Positions 18,401 to 26,938 are shown, counted from the stretch's first letter. The stretch: DNA of 64,000 bases from a virus (IMGVR_UViG_3300045988_157190:41562-105561); one strand, 5' to 3'. Notes: generated by a model not told the origin, from the letters alone. A program made the numbers and translations.

Positions 18401-18436
18401 TAAATTTTTAATCCATTTTCTTTATTCTGCCGCAGA

Positions 18437-18458
18437 ATGTAACGCTTTAATGTTACAT
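18437..18458. promoter_or_regulatory. palindromic operator-like site ATGTAACGCTTTAATGTTACAT, plus an extra half-site TGTTACAT at 18471-18478
   Basis: Same motif as in the 118-bp repeat with one mismatch. Lies 37 nt upstream of the HTH gene start. Confidence 0.5.
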
Positions 18459-18671
18459 GACAAAACAAAATGTTACATTTTTGTCGAAATTCAGTCAAAA
18501 ACTTTTAGTGTCAAAATAACACCAATAAGAACAACTGCGATAGGAACAATGATTATTTCATTGTCGGAAGCGCATACTTTTGCCAAACTATCTATTGTAA
18601 GATATACCATTACTGATTTGACTAATCTGCTTTCTGTTTTCCTATCTTTTCTCATGCCGGCACAAAGATAA

Positions 18672-18692
18672 ATGTAACAGTATAATGTTACA
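18672..18692. promoter_or_regulatory. palindromic operator-like site ATGTAACAGTATAATGTTACA
   Basis: TGTAACA / TGTTACA arms. Lies about 50 nt upstream of the TActTTTG box at 18741-18748. Confidence 0.5.
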
Positions 18693-18740
18693 ACATTATT
18701 AACATTTGTTAAAGTATTTGTTTTTGAATAGGAGAGGGAT

Positions 18741-18748
18741 TACTTTTG
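18741..18748 (+). promoter_or_regulatory. -7 box candidate (TACTTTTG) for the rightward block
   Basis: Matches TAnnTTTG. Lies 21 nt upstream of the ATG at 18769. Confidence 0.4.
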
Positions 18749-18768
18749 AAAACAAAAAGAATATAGGT

Positions 18769-18993
18769 ATGGCAACTTATCAAGAAAGACTGGAAGCAGC
18801 TAAAGTAAAACTGCAAAAAATTTACCCAGATGCAACAATAGAGCAGACTATTGATGATAACGGAAACGCTATCTGGAGAACAAATGTACCGGGAGTGAAA
18901 ATCATCGAAAGTATGAATATAAATGCTTTGGAAATCGTAGTAGAAAATCTTCGACAGGCTTATAGAGCTAAGTTGGGAGTGAAAAGAAATTAA
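18769..18993 (+). CDS. hypothetical small protein, first rightward gene
   Basis: ORF 18706..18993 trimmed to the first ATG (MATYQERLEAAK). Confidence 0.5.
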   Translation: MATYQERLEAAKVKLQKIYPDATIEQTIDDNGNAIWRTNVPGVKIIESMNINALEIVVENLRQAYRAKLGVKRN

Positions 18994-19043
18994 CAATTGA
19001 ATGATTTGATACTTTATCATTGGCGATAAACAGTAAATGATTG

Positions 19044-19076
19044 AAAGGTGTGCTTGCGAAAGTGCACCTTTTTCTT
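19044..19076 (+). terminator. intrinsic terminator candidate
   Basis: aaaggtg / caccttt 7-bp stem around a 14-nt loop, followed by TTTCTTC. Confidence 0.45.
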
Positions 19077-19117
19077 CTATCTTTGACACGGTTAATTAAC
19101 TCAAAATAAATATCATC

Positions 19118-19504
19118 ATGAACAGAATTTTATTGACATTGACTTTTTTGTTCTCCTGCATTGCTTGCATTTTTGCACAAGGAGAGTTGCCGGAAGAAAC
19201 AGTTGACTATGCAGCGAACTTTGCAACTTTCGCCGGCGTAGTAGGTGTTACAACAGTTGTAACGGAGTTCATCAAGAAACTATTCAAAACAGAACCGTCA
19301 GAATGGGTTCAAAGAATTATCTCTTGGGTAACCGGCATCGGACTTGGTATGTTCGCTTGGGGTTTCCATTTGGGTATGTTTGAAGGATTGGATTGGTGGC
19401 AAGCATTATTGTGGGGATTTGGAGCAGGATTAGCATCGAACGGCGTTTTTGATTCCGGACTTATCGAATGGCTGTTTGGATTGTTTACCAAGAAAAAAGG
19501 ATAA
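19118..19504 (+). CDS. membrane protein (signal-like N terminus plus Gly/Trp-rich TM segments); holin-like is only a guess
   Basis: MNRILLTLTFLFSCIACIFAQ, then hydrophobic segments GVVGVTTVV and ISWVTGIGLGMFAWGF ... GFGAGLASNG. Confidence 0.55.
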   Translation: MNRILLTLTFLFSCIACIFAQGELPEETVDYAANFATFAGVVGVTTVVTEFIKKLFKTEPSEWVQRIISWVTGIGLGMFAWGFHLGMFEGLDWWQALLWGFGAGLASNGVFDSGLIEWLFGLFTKKKG

Positions 19505-19540
19505 TCTTCTTCATCACACTTTTTTTGTTTTTATTGGTTC

Positions 19541-19562
19541 AGGCGGGGCGAAAGTTCCGCCT
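19541..19562 (+). terminator. short GC hairpin after 19118..19504
   Basis: aggcgg / ccgcct stem with loop ggcgaaagtt. The T-tract is weak. Confidence 0.35.
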
Positions 19563-19584
19563 TTACTATAATAGGTTTTATAAC

Positions 19585-20763
19585 ATGACAATAGACGAAA
19601 AATATACGAAGCTGAAAAGCATTTTCTTTAAAGATTTTGTAGTAGTGACAGAGAACTACAATTGCCGAGGAACTAATATCCCAGCAAGTAAAGTGACAAA
19701 GAGTAACACAACAGGGCTGAAAATCTTATATTGGGGAGACGGGACGATCAATATGGCGGAATACCTACATTATTTATATGTAGAAGCTGTGCTGGGGGAT
19801 AAATCTTGTGTAGATAAAATTTACTGGTGTCTGAAATCAATAGAAAGACTTTCTTTGAGTGCCTATGAGGATGAAAAGATGAAGAATCCAAAAGTATATT
19901 TTAAATACGAGCCTGGATTCTTCCTTAGAGACGACATATCGGTAAATTCAAAAGACCTTTTTAATGCTTACAAAATAGAAAGCGGTTACTCGAACGGTAT
20001 CGAACTTGAAAATGAAGACCCCTGCTTTTCTCCTTTTGTATCACAAGACCAAATTTGGAACTTACTTCCATCTCTTACATTAATAGCGGAGGGGATGGAA
20101 GATCACAAAACAGGCATTTTAGCAAAAGAAATACTGAAAAACATCCTTTCCTATGTTTCTGATCACGGACATACCATTTACAATCCCTATTTCAGTGCAT
20201 TGAAACATTTTTGGACGTACCTTCCTTCTATGAACACAGAAAAAGTAAAACCATGGGATAGGGTGTATGATAGGAACATTCATTTGAAATACACAATCAA
20301 AGTAAAAAGAGGTGCTAACAACTGGTATTTTGCTTATGGATTCAGAAAAACGCTCAAAAAATTCATTCCAGAAGCAAAATTGAACGGTTTTCTGACTTTT
20401 TTGTACGGTTTATGGTATATTCCATTCATTTTTCTTGCTGATAGGGTATATTTCCCTATTGTTACCCGGTTCGGAGCAAAAAGAAAAGACAACTCCTATT
20501 ACTGCATGTCGTCTGCCGGTGATGTTTGGTATTCCGGGAGAAAAAGTTATCTCAAAAGGGTATGCAAGAAGTTCAACAAGGATAAGGAATATACCTTTCC
20601 CGCGCTTGCAGAGTGCATGAAACAAGAAAAATGGCAATATCTGAACCTGGAAGAAATAGAAAAATGGCTGAATGAGTATGAATTTGACGAAAATTCGTTG
20701 GAATCACCCGTCAAATTCCTAACTTTGTCATGTTACTTGAAGTTGATCCAATCGCTTGCTTAG
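19585..20763 (+). CDS. hypothetical protein (392 aa)
   Basis: ORF 19468..20763 trimmed to MTIDEKYTKL, downstream of the hairpin. No motif recognised. Confidence 0.65.
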   Translation: MTIDEKYTKLKSIFFKDFVVVTENYNCRGTNIPASKVTKSNTTGLKILYWGDGTINMAEYLHYLYVEAVLGDKSCVDKIYWCLKSIERLSLSAYEDEKMKNPKVYFKYEPGFFLRDDISVNSKDLFNAYKIESGYSNGIELENEDPCFSPFVSQDQIWNLLPSLTLIAEGMEDHKTGILAKEILKNILSYVSDHGHTIYNPYFSALKHFWTYLPSMNTEKVKPWDRVYDRNIHLKYTIKVKRGANNWYFAYGFRKTLKKFIPEAKLNGFLTFLYGLWYIPFIFLADRVYFPIVTRFGAKRKDNSYYCMSSAGDVWYSGRKSYLKRVCKKFNKDKEYTFPALAECMKQEKWQYLNLEEIEKWLNEYEFDENSLESPVKFLTLSCYLKLIQSLA

Positions 20764-20784
20764 ACAATCAATTCTTTCATGTTT

Positions 20785-20822
20785 TCTCCCGTTCTTCTTT
20801 ATTGAGGGACGGGAGTTTTTGT
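20785..20822 (+). terminator. intrinsic terminator candidate
   Basis: tctcccgt / acgggag stem followed by TTTTTGTTT. Confidence 0.55.
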
Positions 20823-20836
20823 TTCCATTAACGAGA

Positions 20837-20858
20837 GTGTAACACTAAAATGTTACAT
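20837..20858. promoter_or_regulatory. palindromic operator-like site GTGTAACACTAAAATGTTACAT
   Basis: Same TGTAACA-N6-TGTTACA architecture. Lies upstream of the TActTTTG box at 20907-20914 and the gene at 20951. Confidence 0.5.
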
Positions 20859-20950
20859 TTTAAAGTAATTTAACTCCATAGACTGCATTTTGTACAAAAA
20901 CGATATTACTTTTGCAGCACAATCAAGTAACAACAATAAAAATAACAATC

Positions 20951-21262
20951 ATGAAACCTTTCAATTTAGAAGAAGCAAAAGTAGGCAAACCCGTCTGCAC
21001 AAGAAATGGTAGGAGAGTGGAAATCATTTCTTTTGAAAATCCGAGCAACAACAACTATCCTATTTTGGCAAAAGTATTTTTCGGTAAAGATGATTATGAA
21101 GAATTTACCTTTACAGAAAGTGGAACGTTTTTCGTTGCTGGTAAAGAATCTGAAGCAGATTTAATGATGACAGAAGATGAAACGGAAATAGAAATCCCTT
21201 CACTCTGGACACAATCTTGTACAGAAGAAAACACAAAGATCAATTATACAATCAAAAACTAA
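20951..21262 (+). CDS. hypothetical protein, paralogue of 14440..14820
   Basis: ORF 20912..21262 trimmed to the ATG (MKPFNLEEAKVGKPVCTRNG). Confidence 0.6.
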   Translation: MKPFNLEEAKVGKPVCTRNGRRVEIISFENPSNNNYPILAKVFFGKDDYEEFTFTESGTFFVAGKESEADLMMTEDETEIEIPSLWTQSCTEENTKINYTIKN

Positions 21263-21270
21263 TAGAAGAT

Positions 21271-21597
21271 ATGGAAGTAAAGATGACGGAAAGACAAGCG
21301 TTGCTTTATGAAGCGAGAAAGAAAAAGCTGTTTAGGGCTTTTATTATGACCTGTATGTGGGGAGGGTTTGGGCTTTATTACACCGGTAAACCCATTATCG
21401 CATCCATCCTGACCATCTGTACCCTGTACAATCTTTTAGGAGCTGCAATCACCTTATTTAAGGTCGATCTGGTAAACTGTGTCGAATACCTACTTTGGTT
21501 TACAGGATTTTGGATTTTCTCAATCCTGATAGCAGTTCCTTTGGCAGAGGATACAAACAACAATATCAAACGTGAAATCATCAAAAACAACAAATAA
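21271..21597 (+). CDS. membrane protein, TM2-domain-like
   Basis: MTCMWGGFGLYYTGKPIIASIL resembles the G.fG.h.FY.G motif of TM2 domains. Trimmed to MEVKMTERQ. Confidence 0.45.
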   Translation: MEVKMTERQALLYEARKKKLFRAFIMTCMWGGFGLYYTGKPIIASILTICTLYNLLGAAITLFKVDLVNCVEYLLWFTGFWIFSILIAVPLAEDTNNNIKREIIKNNK

Positions 21598-21598
21598 C

Positions 21599-22192
21599 AT
21601 GAAAAGAGTAATTTTTATCAGTGCATTATTTACACTTATTTCGATGTGTGGATGCAAGCAGGAAGCCTCTAAAGAATCAGAAATTACCAAAGAGCAAGAA
21701 ACCTCCAAAGAATTGAACATCTATCAAATTATGGATATTCAATTTAAAATATTGGATGCTTCTTCTAAAGATTTTTTGGTTGAAGAAGCAGATAAACTCA
21801 TTCCAAAAGAAGCCTACAGCGAAAGGGTTGCTATAGAGACTGGAGGAAAAGCTATAAAATATAGCCTCAATACAGGTTATAAATTAAGTGTAAACGAGGT
21901 TTTTGATGAAAAATCAGGGATAGTTCCTTATACAAGTCTCGAAGCAAAGTTCGATATTTATGATATGGAAGATACAAAAACCTTTATAGATGGGATTCTG
22001 GATTATCTGAAAGAAAAGAAAAGGTTAAAGAAAGAAGGGATATCCGAGGTTGTAGATAAACCAGATTACAAACTTATTGCCCTTATTTGGGACGGTGGAT
22101 TCAGTTCAATTGAAATGAAACAAAACGGAGCAATTGGATTTGACATTATCTTTATCAACTATTACGACATGAACAAACAGAAAAAGAAATAG
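21599..22192 (+). CDS. putative lipoprotein
   Basis: Trimmed to MKRVIFISALFTLISMCGCKQE, a signal peptide with a lipobox-like Cys. Confidence 0.6.
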   Translation: MKRVIFISALFTLISMCGCKQEASKESEITKEQETSKELNIYQIMDIQFKILDASSKDFLVEEADKLIPKEAYSERVAIETGGKAIKYSLNTGYKLSVNEVFDEKSGIVPYTSLEAKFDIYDMEDTKTFIDGILDYLKEKKRLKKEGISEVVDKPDYKLIALIWDGGFSSIEMKQNGAIGFDIIFINYYDMNKQKKK

Positions 22193-22196
22193 GAAT

Positions 22197-22640
22197 ATGG
22201 AAAGGAAAATAAAATACTTTATAAGCAAAAGAAGAAGGCTTTTGTATTTATATTACGAATGGGATGGAGATGTGATGAAAGCGTTCTTGTCGAACTTCTT
22301 TCTGCGAGGTATGGATGTGGAAGTCATTCCCAAAGAACAAAACAGATCAAATGAAGATTTATTGATGGTAGGGTTTGCTCCAGGAAAGAGATTCCTATTA
22401 AGAATAGGTGATGGTATTCTACGTGATCCTAATTGGAGAGCTGCTAGACGAATGAGAAGAGAATATGGCAGGGATCAAAATCCTTTTCCCGGTCTTGTGG
22501 AAGTAACAGACGAAGAAAAGATACGATACATAGAAGAACAAAAAGAAAAAGGAATTATCAAATTCGACGAATCATTTGTAGAATCTTTACTACCTTTGGG
22601 CAAAAGAGTAGAAAACGAAACAAAAGACCAAGAATTTTAA
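22197..22640 (+). CDS. hypothetical protein
   Basis: 147-aa ORF. Confidence 0.55.
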   Translation: MERKIKYFISKRRRLLYLYYEWDGDVMKAFLSNFFLRGMDVEVIPKEQNRSNEDLLMVGFAPGKRFLLRIGDGILRDPNWRAARRMRREYGRDQNPFPGLVEVTDEEKIRYIEEQKEKGIIKFDESFVESLLPLGKRVENETKDQEF

Positions 22641-23056
22641 TCATGGTATATGTATAAGATTAAGTTCTGATCATCAAAAAGGGTAGGAACTATTGAGAAA
22701 TACCTTCCTACCCAAAATTCAAAAACTGACATAGTGTATTAAATCATAATTTTCACCAAAGCCTCAACGGTTTCTTCAAAATTCTTATTTTACTATTCGA
22801 TGGGTGGGTAGCAGTCATTTGATTTGCTACCCATTTTTCTTTATCTCCACTACCTCTTTTTGACAAGCTTCACACCCCATTTCAAGAACCCCACACCCCC
22901 TACGGGGGTTCTTTGTCGATTTAGAAAATCTCTTCATTTTCACTCGTTTACACTACGTTCAATGCCGGATTTTCCCGACATAATTAACATGATTATATAT
23001 ATACATACTTTTAAAAAAGTAGTATATAATAATCCTTGGAAAATCGAAAATTCGGG

Positions 23057-23185
23057 AATAGGAGTATTCCCTCATTATTTCGAATTTTCCGATTTGCTGA
23101 ACAAATTTCTCTTTTAGTAGGAATACTCCTATTAAGAAAGAAAAAGAAGTGAAAAGAAAAGAACAAAAACAGGATTACTCCTATT
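23057..23185. repeat. three copies of a 14-nt site (one inverted, two direct)
   Basis: aataggagtattcc (23057-23070) is the reverse complement of ggaatactcctatt (23120-23133). ggattactcctatt (23172-23185) differs at one position. The first copy sits in a larger imperfect palindrome. Confidence 0.75.
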
Positions 23186-23413
23186 AAAGAAAAGAGGGAA
23201 AGGAAAACACGCGCATACGCGCTTGAATGGGAAAATCGGAAAACAAGACTTAGGGATGGAGGGTGGGAAGGAAACCCTACGGGCGCGCGCGAGACGGGTG
23301 CTGTGGCGATGCGCCCTGTGGTGCTTTTTCGCGCCGTTCTTTGTTTTTGTCGGTTTTTTGTTGTACCTTTGTGGCAAAAGTGATATATTTTTATATTCTA
23401 TAAATGAAACGGG

Positions 23414-23442
23414 AAACTACGTTGCGAAACGTAGTTTTTTTT
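23414..23442 (+). terminator. strong intrinsic terminator
   Basis: aaactacgtt GCGA aacgtagttt is a perfect 10-bp stem with a tetraloop, followed by a T8 run. Confidence 0.7.
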
Positions 23443-23530
23443 ATGTTAGTTTGCTTGTTATTGTTTTTTTTGCTTTCTTTGTACTGTGAGAATTAAAACG
23501 ATTTGATAACAACCATTAAAAATTCCATTT

Positions 23531-24634
23531 ATGGACTGTAAAAATATAGCAGCCTTTTTGATTCGTTCTGATTTAGAACGGCAGTTACTACTAAATGAGA
23601 GTGAAGGTAAATTTTCGGGCAGAAGAAGGTTTACCAAAAAAGGAAAAGAGGTCACTCCTAAGAGAAAAACCAAAGGTATTACTTCAAAGATTTTTTATTC
23701 AAAAAAATCTCTTTTGTCTTTTCTAAAAGATGCAATAGGATGTGAATCTGAAAATCAAGCATTGACGATATTTAATAAGTATGCCGGTGGCATGAAGATT
23801 GAACATAAGGTGGAAAAAATTTTTGATCCTTCTTGTGGAAGGATGAAGGTTATTACTTCCTATCGTTTCGTGATAAAAGATAAATCCTTCTATTCTAAAG
23901 ATATGAATTTAATTCCTGCTTGCCTTTTGCGTCCCTTTAAGGCATTTAAAGATACTCAAAGATTTAATAATCGAGAATTAAGACTTGGTTTTAATGAACG
24001 TGTTCTTTCGGTCTATCTTGAACTAAAAAGAAGAATTATTTATCATGTGTGGTTGTCTGAAAAGAAAAACGATCCTTCTCTCAAATGGGAACCTTCTTTG
24101 TTTTTTAGTCAAAAGACTATTGCACGAGAACTTGGTTGGACGATAGATCAAGTCAGATATAGCATGAAAAAGCTGAAATTCTATTTTGGAAGGGATTTTT
24201 TTAGAGAGCCTACAAAAAAAGAATCAGATTCCCGTAAAATAAAAGGTTGCTGGAATTTTCAGATCAATCTTCCTCCTATGCGTAAATGGAACGCTATTGT
24301 TGCTAAGAAAATTATTATGTACACAAAAAACGTAGGGGATTCTGCTCTAAAAAAGCGTTTCCCTCTTGAAACCTATCGTTATCTTGTTTATGCACAACGT
24401 AGGACAAAACGGTATGATTGTTATGCAGAAAATTTTATGAATAACAGCAATAAAGAATATGAGCGATTATGTAGTCTTGCGAGCACAATAAGGTCTTATT
24501 TACAGGAAAAGAAGGAAGTTACTGCCGACTTTTTAAAATCTCTTATATTTGACAAACGTCCGCTTACTTATAGAAAGCGTGTACCTCAACCTATTGTCAG
24601 AAATTATTATCGAAAACTTTATAAAGCAGCTTGA
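23531..24634 (+). CDS. hypothetical basic protein with an HTH-like segment (possible replication initiator or DNA-binding protein)
   Basis: 367-aa ORF. SQKTIARELGWTIDQVRYSMKKLK looks like a (w)HTH. It lies next to the iteron-like repeats. The function is inference only. Confidence 0.6.
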   Translation: MDCKNIAAFLIRSDLERQLLLNESEGKFSGRRRFTKKGKEVTPKRKTKGITSKIFYSKKSLLSFLKDAIGCESENQALTIFNKYAGGMKIEHKVEKIFDPSCGRMKVITSYRFVIKDKSFYSKDMNLIPACLLRPFKAFKDTQRFNNRELRLGFNERVLSVYLELKRRIIYHVWLSEKKNDPSLKWEPSLFFSQKTIARELGWTIDQVRYSMKKLKFYFGRDFFREPTKKESDSRKIKGCWNFQINLPPMRKWNAIVAKKIIMYTKNVGDSALKKRFPLETYRYLVYAQRRTKRYDCYAENFMNNSNKEYERLCSLASTIRSYLQEKKEVTADFLKSLIFDKRPLTYRKRVPQPIVRNYYRKLYKAA

Positions 24635-24854
24635 CTATGAATAAGATTATGATTATATCTGCTGGAAGTATTCATACTTTTGATAAAATAAAAGAGGCTG
24701 CCGAATACAAATTTAAGTTTTGTGTCATTATAAGTCAGATAGAGAGGTAAAGGATGAGTATTTTGGCATTAGGATTAGTTTTGAGAGAAATCCAGTGTTG
24801 TGGTATAGACAAAGGAGGGGTAATCTTAGCCCTGTTGTTATAGAGGAAATACTA

Positions 24855-25043
24855 ATGAATTTAACTATAGCTGGAATAAACATTTCCGATTATTTTTCGT
24901 CAGCACAACAGGATAAATATAAAGCAGGCTTTTGTGGTGAAAGATGTTACAAAGCTATTTTTAAAAGATTAAGAAAGGATATGGCAATAAAGAGTAAGAA
25001 AATTGAAATGGCGAAAACGCCATCTTTTTTAAGGAGGGTGTAA
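24855..25043 (+). CDS. doubtful small ORF
   Basis: ORF 24720..25043 trimmed to the first ATG (MNLTIAGINIS). Confidence 0.3.
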   Translation: MNLTIAGINISDYFSSAQQDKYKAGFCGERCYKAIFKRLRKDMAIKSKKIEMAKTPSFLRRV

Positions 25044-25044
25044 A

Positions 25045-25275
25045 ATGGCAAATAAATCACTTAACATCGAAAACAAACTTTCTATGACGGAAGAAGAAAA
25101 GAAAAGCGTATTGGCTTTCTACAACGTTTCAGAAGAACAAAAGAAAGCGATCATAGAGAGTTATAACGGTAACCCGGAAGGATATAAGGCTTCTATCCAG
25201 AAGATGCCGGAAAAGGAACGTGAAGTGTCCCTACTGATAGCTTCTGCATGTGGGATAGACATTAAGGATATTTAA
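25045..25275 (+). CDS. hypothetical acidic small protein
   Basis: 76-aa ORF. ATG lies 1 nt after the previous stop. Confidence 0.5.
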   Translation: MANKSLNIENKLSMTEEEKKSVLAFYNVSEEQKKAIIESYNGNPEGYKASIQKMPEKEREVSLLIASACGIDIKDI

Positions 25276-25322
25276 CATCAAAAATTTCAATTATTGCATA
25301 CAATAGTTGTATATTTGCAGTC

Positions 25323-25537
25323 GAGATGAGATAGCTAAAAAGTTGAAGATTGGGAGTGATTCGCGGTAACTTCCCTTCTTTTCTTGAAGGCTATGTGAGG
25401 TTGATGGGAAATGACTTTAGGGTGTTTCCCAAAATTAAGGAGTTAAATTTCCCCTATAAGAATCGTTCCTAAAAAATAAGTCCCGAAGTAGGGCAAATGG
25501 CGGCTTATAGGATGGTTTACTCCTTTTTTTGTTTTTA
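25323..25537 (+). ncRNA. candidate structured non-coding RNA immediately 5' of tnpB copy 2 (ends approximate)
   Basis: TAtaTTTG box at 25310-25317. GC-richer, ORF-free sequence with helices gggaaa/tttccc (25406-25411 / 25425-25430) and aaggagttaaa/tttactcctt (25437-25447 / 25516-25525). The latter is followed by TTTTTGTTTTT. Confidence 0.3.
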
Positions 25538-25574
25538 AATAGGAAATTTCAAATATTCTATTTAAATTTGCACC

Positions 25575-26786
25575 ATGTATTTAGTAGAACAACATATTAT
25601 TTCTGTAAATGATAAGAGGTATAAAGATTTAGATCGAATTTGCTTCTTATCCAAAAATTTGTACAATGCAGCTTTATATGAAATAAAGCAAGAGTTCCTT
25701 CGTACGGGTAAATGGATAAGATACACTTCTCTTGATAGAAAATTAAAAGATGAAGATAATTTTGATTATAGAGCTATAAGTGCGGCTTCATCTCAACAAA
25801 TTCTTATGTCTTTAGACAAAAGTCTAAAATCTTATTTTTTTGCTATCAAAGCATGGAAAAGAGATAACAAGAAATTTACCGGTTGTCCTAAGTTTCCAAA
25901 ATACAAACATAAGACTAAAGGTAGAAATGTGTTCCCTTACTCTTATGCACAGTTTAAGCACAGAGATAATTATATTTTCTTTCCTAAGAAAGAAGGTCTG
26001 TCGCCTTTGAAAACAAATTGTAAAGAAGGTTCTGTTAAACAAGTTCGATTTGTTCCTAAACCAGATTGTTATATTATAGAGGTTGTATATGAATCAAAAG
26101 TAAAAGAACAGCTTCCTGATAACAATAGGGTTATGTCTATTGATTTGGGCGTAAATAATCTTGCTTCTATTGTTACTAATGTAAGTAAGAAAGCTATTTT
26201 GATTGATGGAAGAAAATTGAAATCCATAAATCAGTATTACAACAAAAAGAAGTCAAAAATCCAACAACAGCTAAAAAAGACAAATGGAAAAGAAAATTCG
26301 AGGCGGTTAATGTCTCTAACAAGAAAAAGAAACAATAAAGTGAAAGATTATCTTCATAAAGCAAGTAAAGAAATTATCAATATTTGCTTGGAAGATAATA
26401 TAACAACGTTGATAGTAGGACATAATGATGGATGGAAGCAAAATACCAATCTTGGTAAAAGAAACAATCAGAATTTTGTAAGTATTCCATTTGAAACGTT
26501 TATATCAATGTTGAGATATAAATCAGAAAGACAAGGACTAAGGTTTGTTGAAGTAAACGAATCTCATACGTCAAAATGCAGTTCTTTTGATTTAGAACCA
26601 GTGGAACATCATGATCCTTACGTTGGTAAAAGAGTAAAAAGAGGACTTTTTAAAACAAAAGATGGAATTTTGCTCAATGCAGATATCAACGGAAGTTACA
26701 ATATCATGAGAAAAGTAAAAGGGGATGCAGCAATGCCACCCTATACAGGGTTTGGGTATAACCCAGTTAAGAAATTTATTAACTAA
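25575..26786 (+). CDS. TnpB-like RuvC nuclease, copy 2 (intact)
   Basis: 403 aa with MSIDLGVNNL, NESHTSK and LNADINGSYNIMRKV in TnpB order, plus GWKQNTNLGKRNNQNFVSIPF. No CxxC pairs between RuvC-II and RuvC-III. Confidence 0.85.
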   Translation: MYLVEQHIISVNDKRYKDLDRICFLSKNLYNAALYEIKQEFLRTGKWIRYTSLDRKLKDEDNFDYRAISAASSQQILMSLDKSLKSYFFAIKAWKRDNKKFTGCPKFPKYKHKTKGRNVFPYSYAQFKHRDNYIFFPKKEGLSPLKTNCKEGSVKQVRFVPKPDCYIIEVVYESKVKEQLPDNNRVMSIDLGVNNLASIVTNVSKKAILIDGRKLKSINQYYNKKKSKIQQQLKKTNGKENSRRLMSLTRKRNNKVKDYLHKASKEIINICLEDNITTLIVGHNDGWKQNTNLGKRNNQNFVSIPFETFISMLRYKSERQGLRFVEVNESHTSKCSSFDLEPVEHHDPYVGKRVKRGLFKTKDGILLNADINGSYNIMRKVKGDAAMPPYTGFGYNPVKKFIN

Positions 26787-26938
26787 TAAATACTTAGGAT
26801 GTCGTGAGATGAATGGTTTTTCGTGAGAAAGGCTTCTTTTGAAGTAACACTGTTCACCGCGTCTTTGAACGTAGCTGTAAGCTCCTTCTTTTAAAGGCTC
26901 TGCCGTTACCTTTGATCCCTGTGCGGAGGGAGATCGGC

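Larger units (their letters stand above)
22641..23530. other. 0.9-kb ORF-poor region with hairpins, iteron-like repeats, a purine tract and a GC-rich island
   Basis: Contains only low-complexity ORFs. Hairpins include gggtagga/tcctaccc, ggtagca/tgctacc plus T-run, and aagaacccc/ggggttctt. CCCTACGGG occurs twice. Confidence 0.6.

Noticed and set aside
22824-23673. ORFs 22824..23117, 23132..23377, 23223..23489 and 23458..23673 in the 0.9-kb ORF-poor region
   Set aside because: They overlap each other on both strands, cross hairpins, repeats and the strong terminator, and have low-complexity translations.
25276-25574. A group I intron / IStron architecture for the structured 5' flank of tnpB copy 2
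   Set aside because: I could not find the conserved group I core elements (P7-forming R/S-like sequences that pair with each other). The nearest look-alike (aagaatcgttcc) has no complementary partner. This needs a covariance-model scan to exclude it fully.
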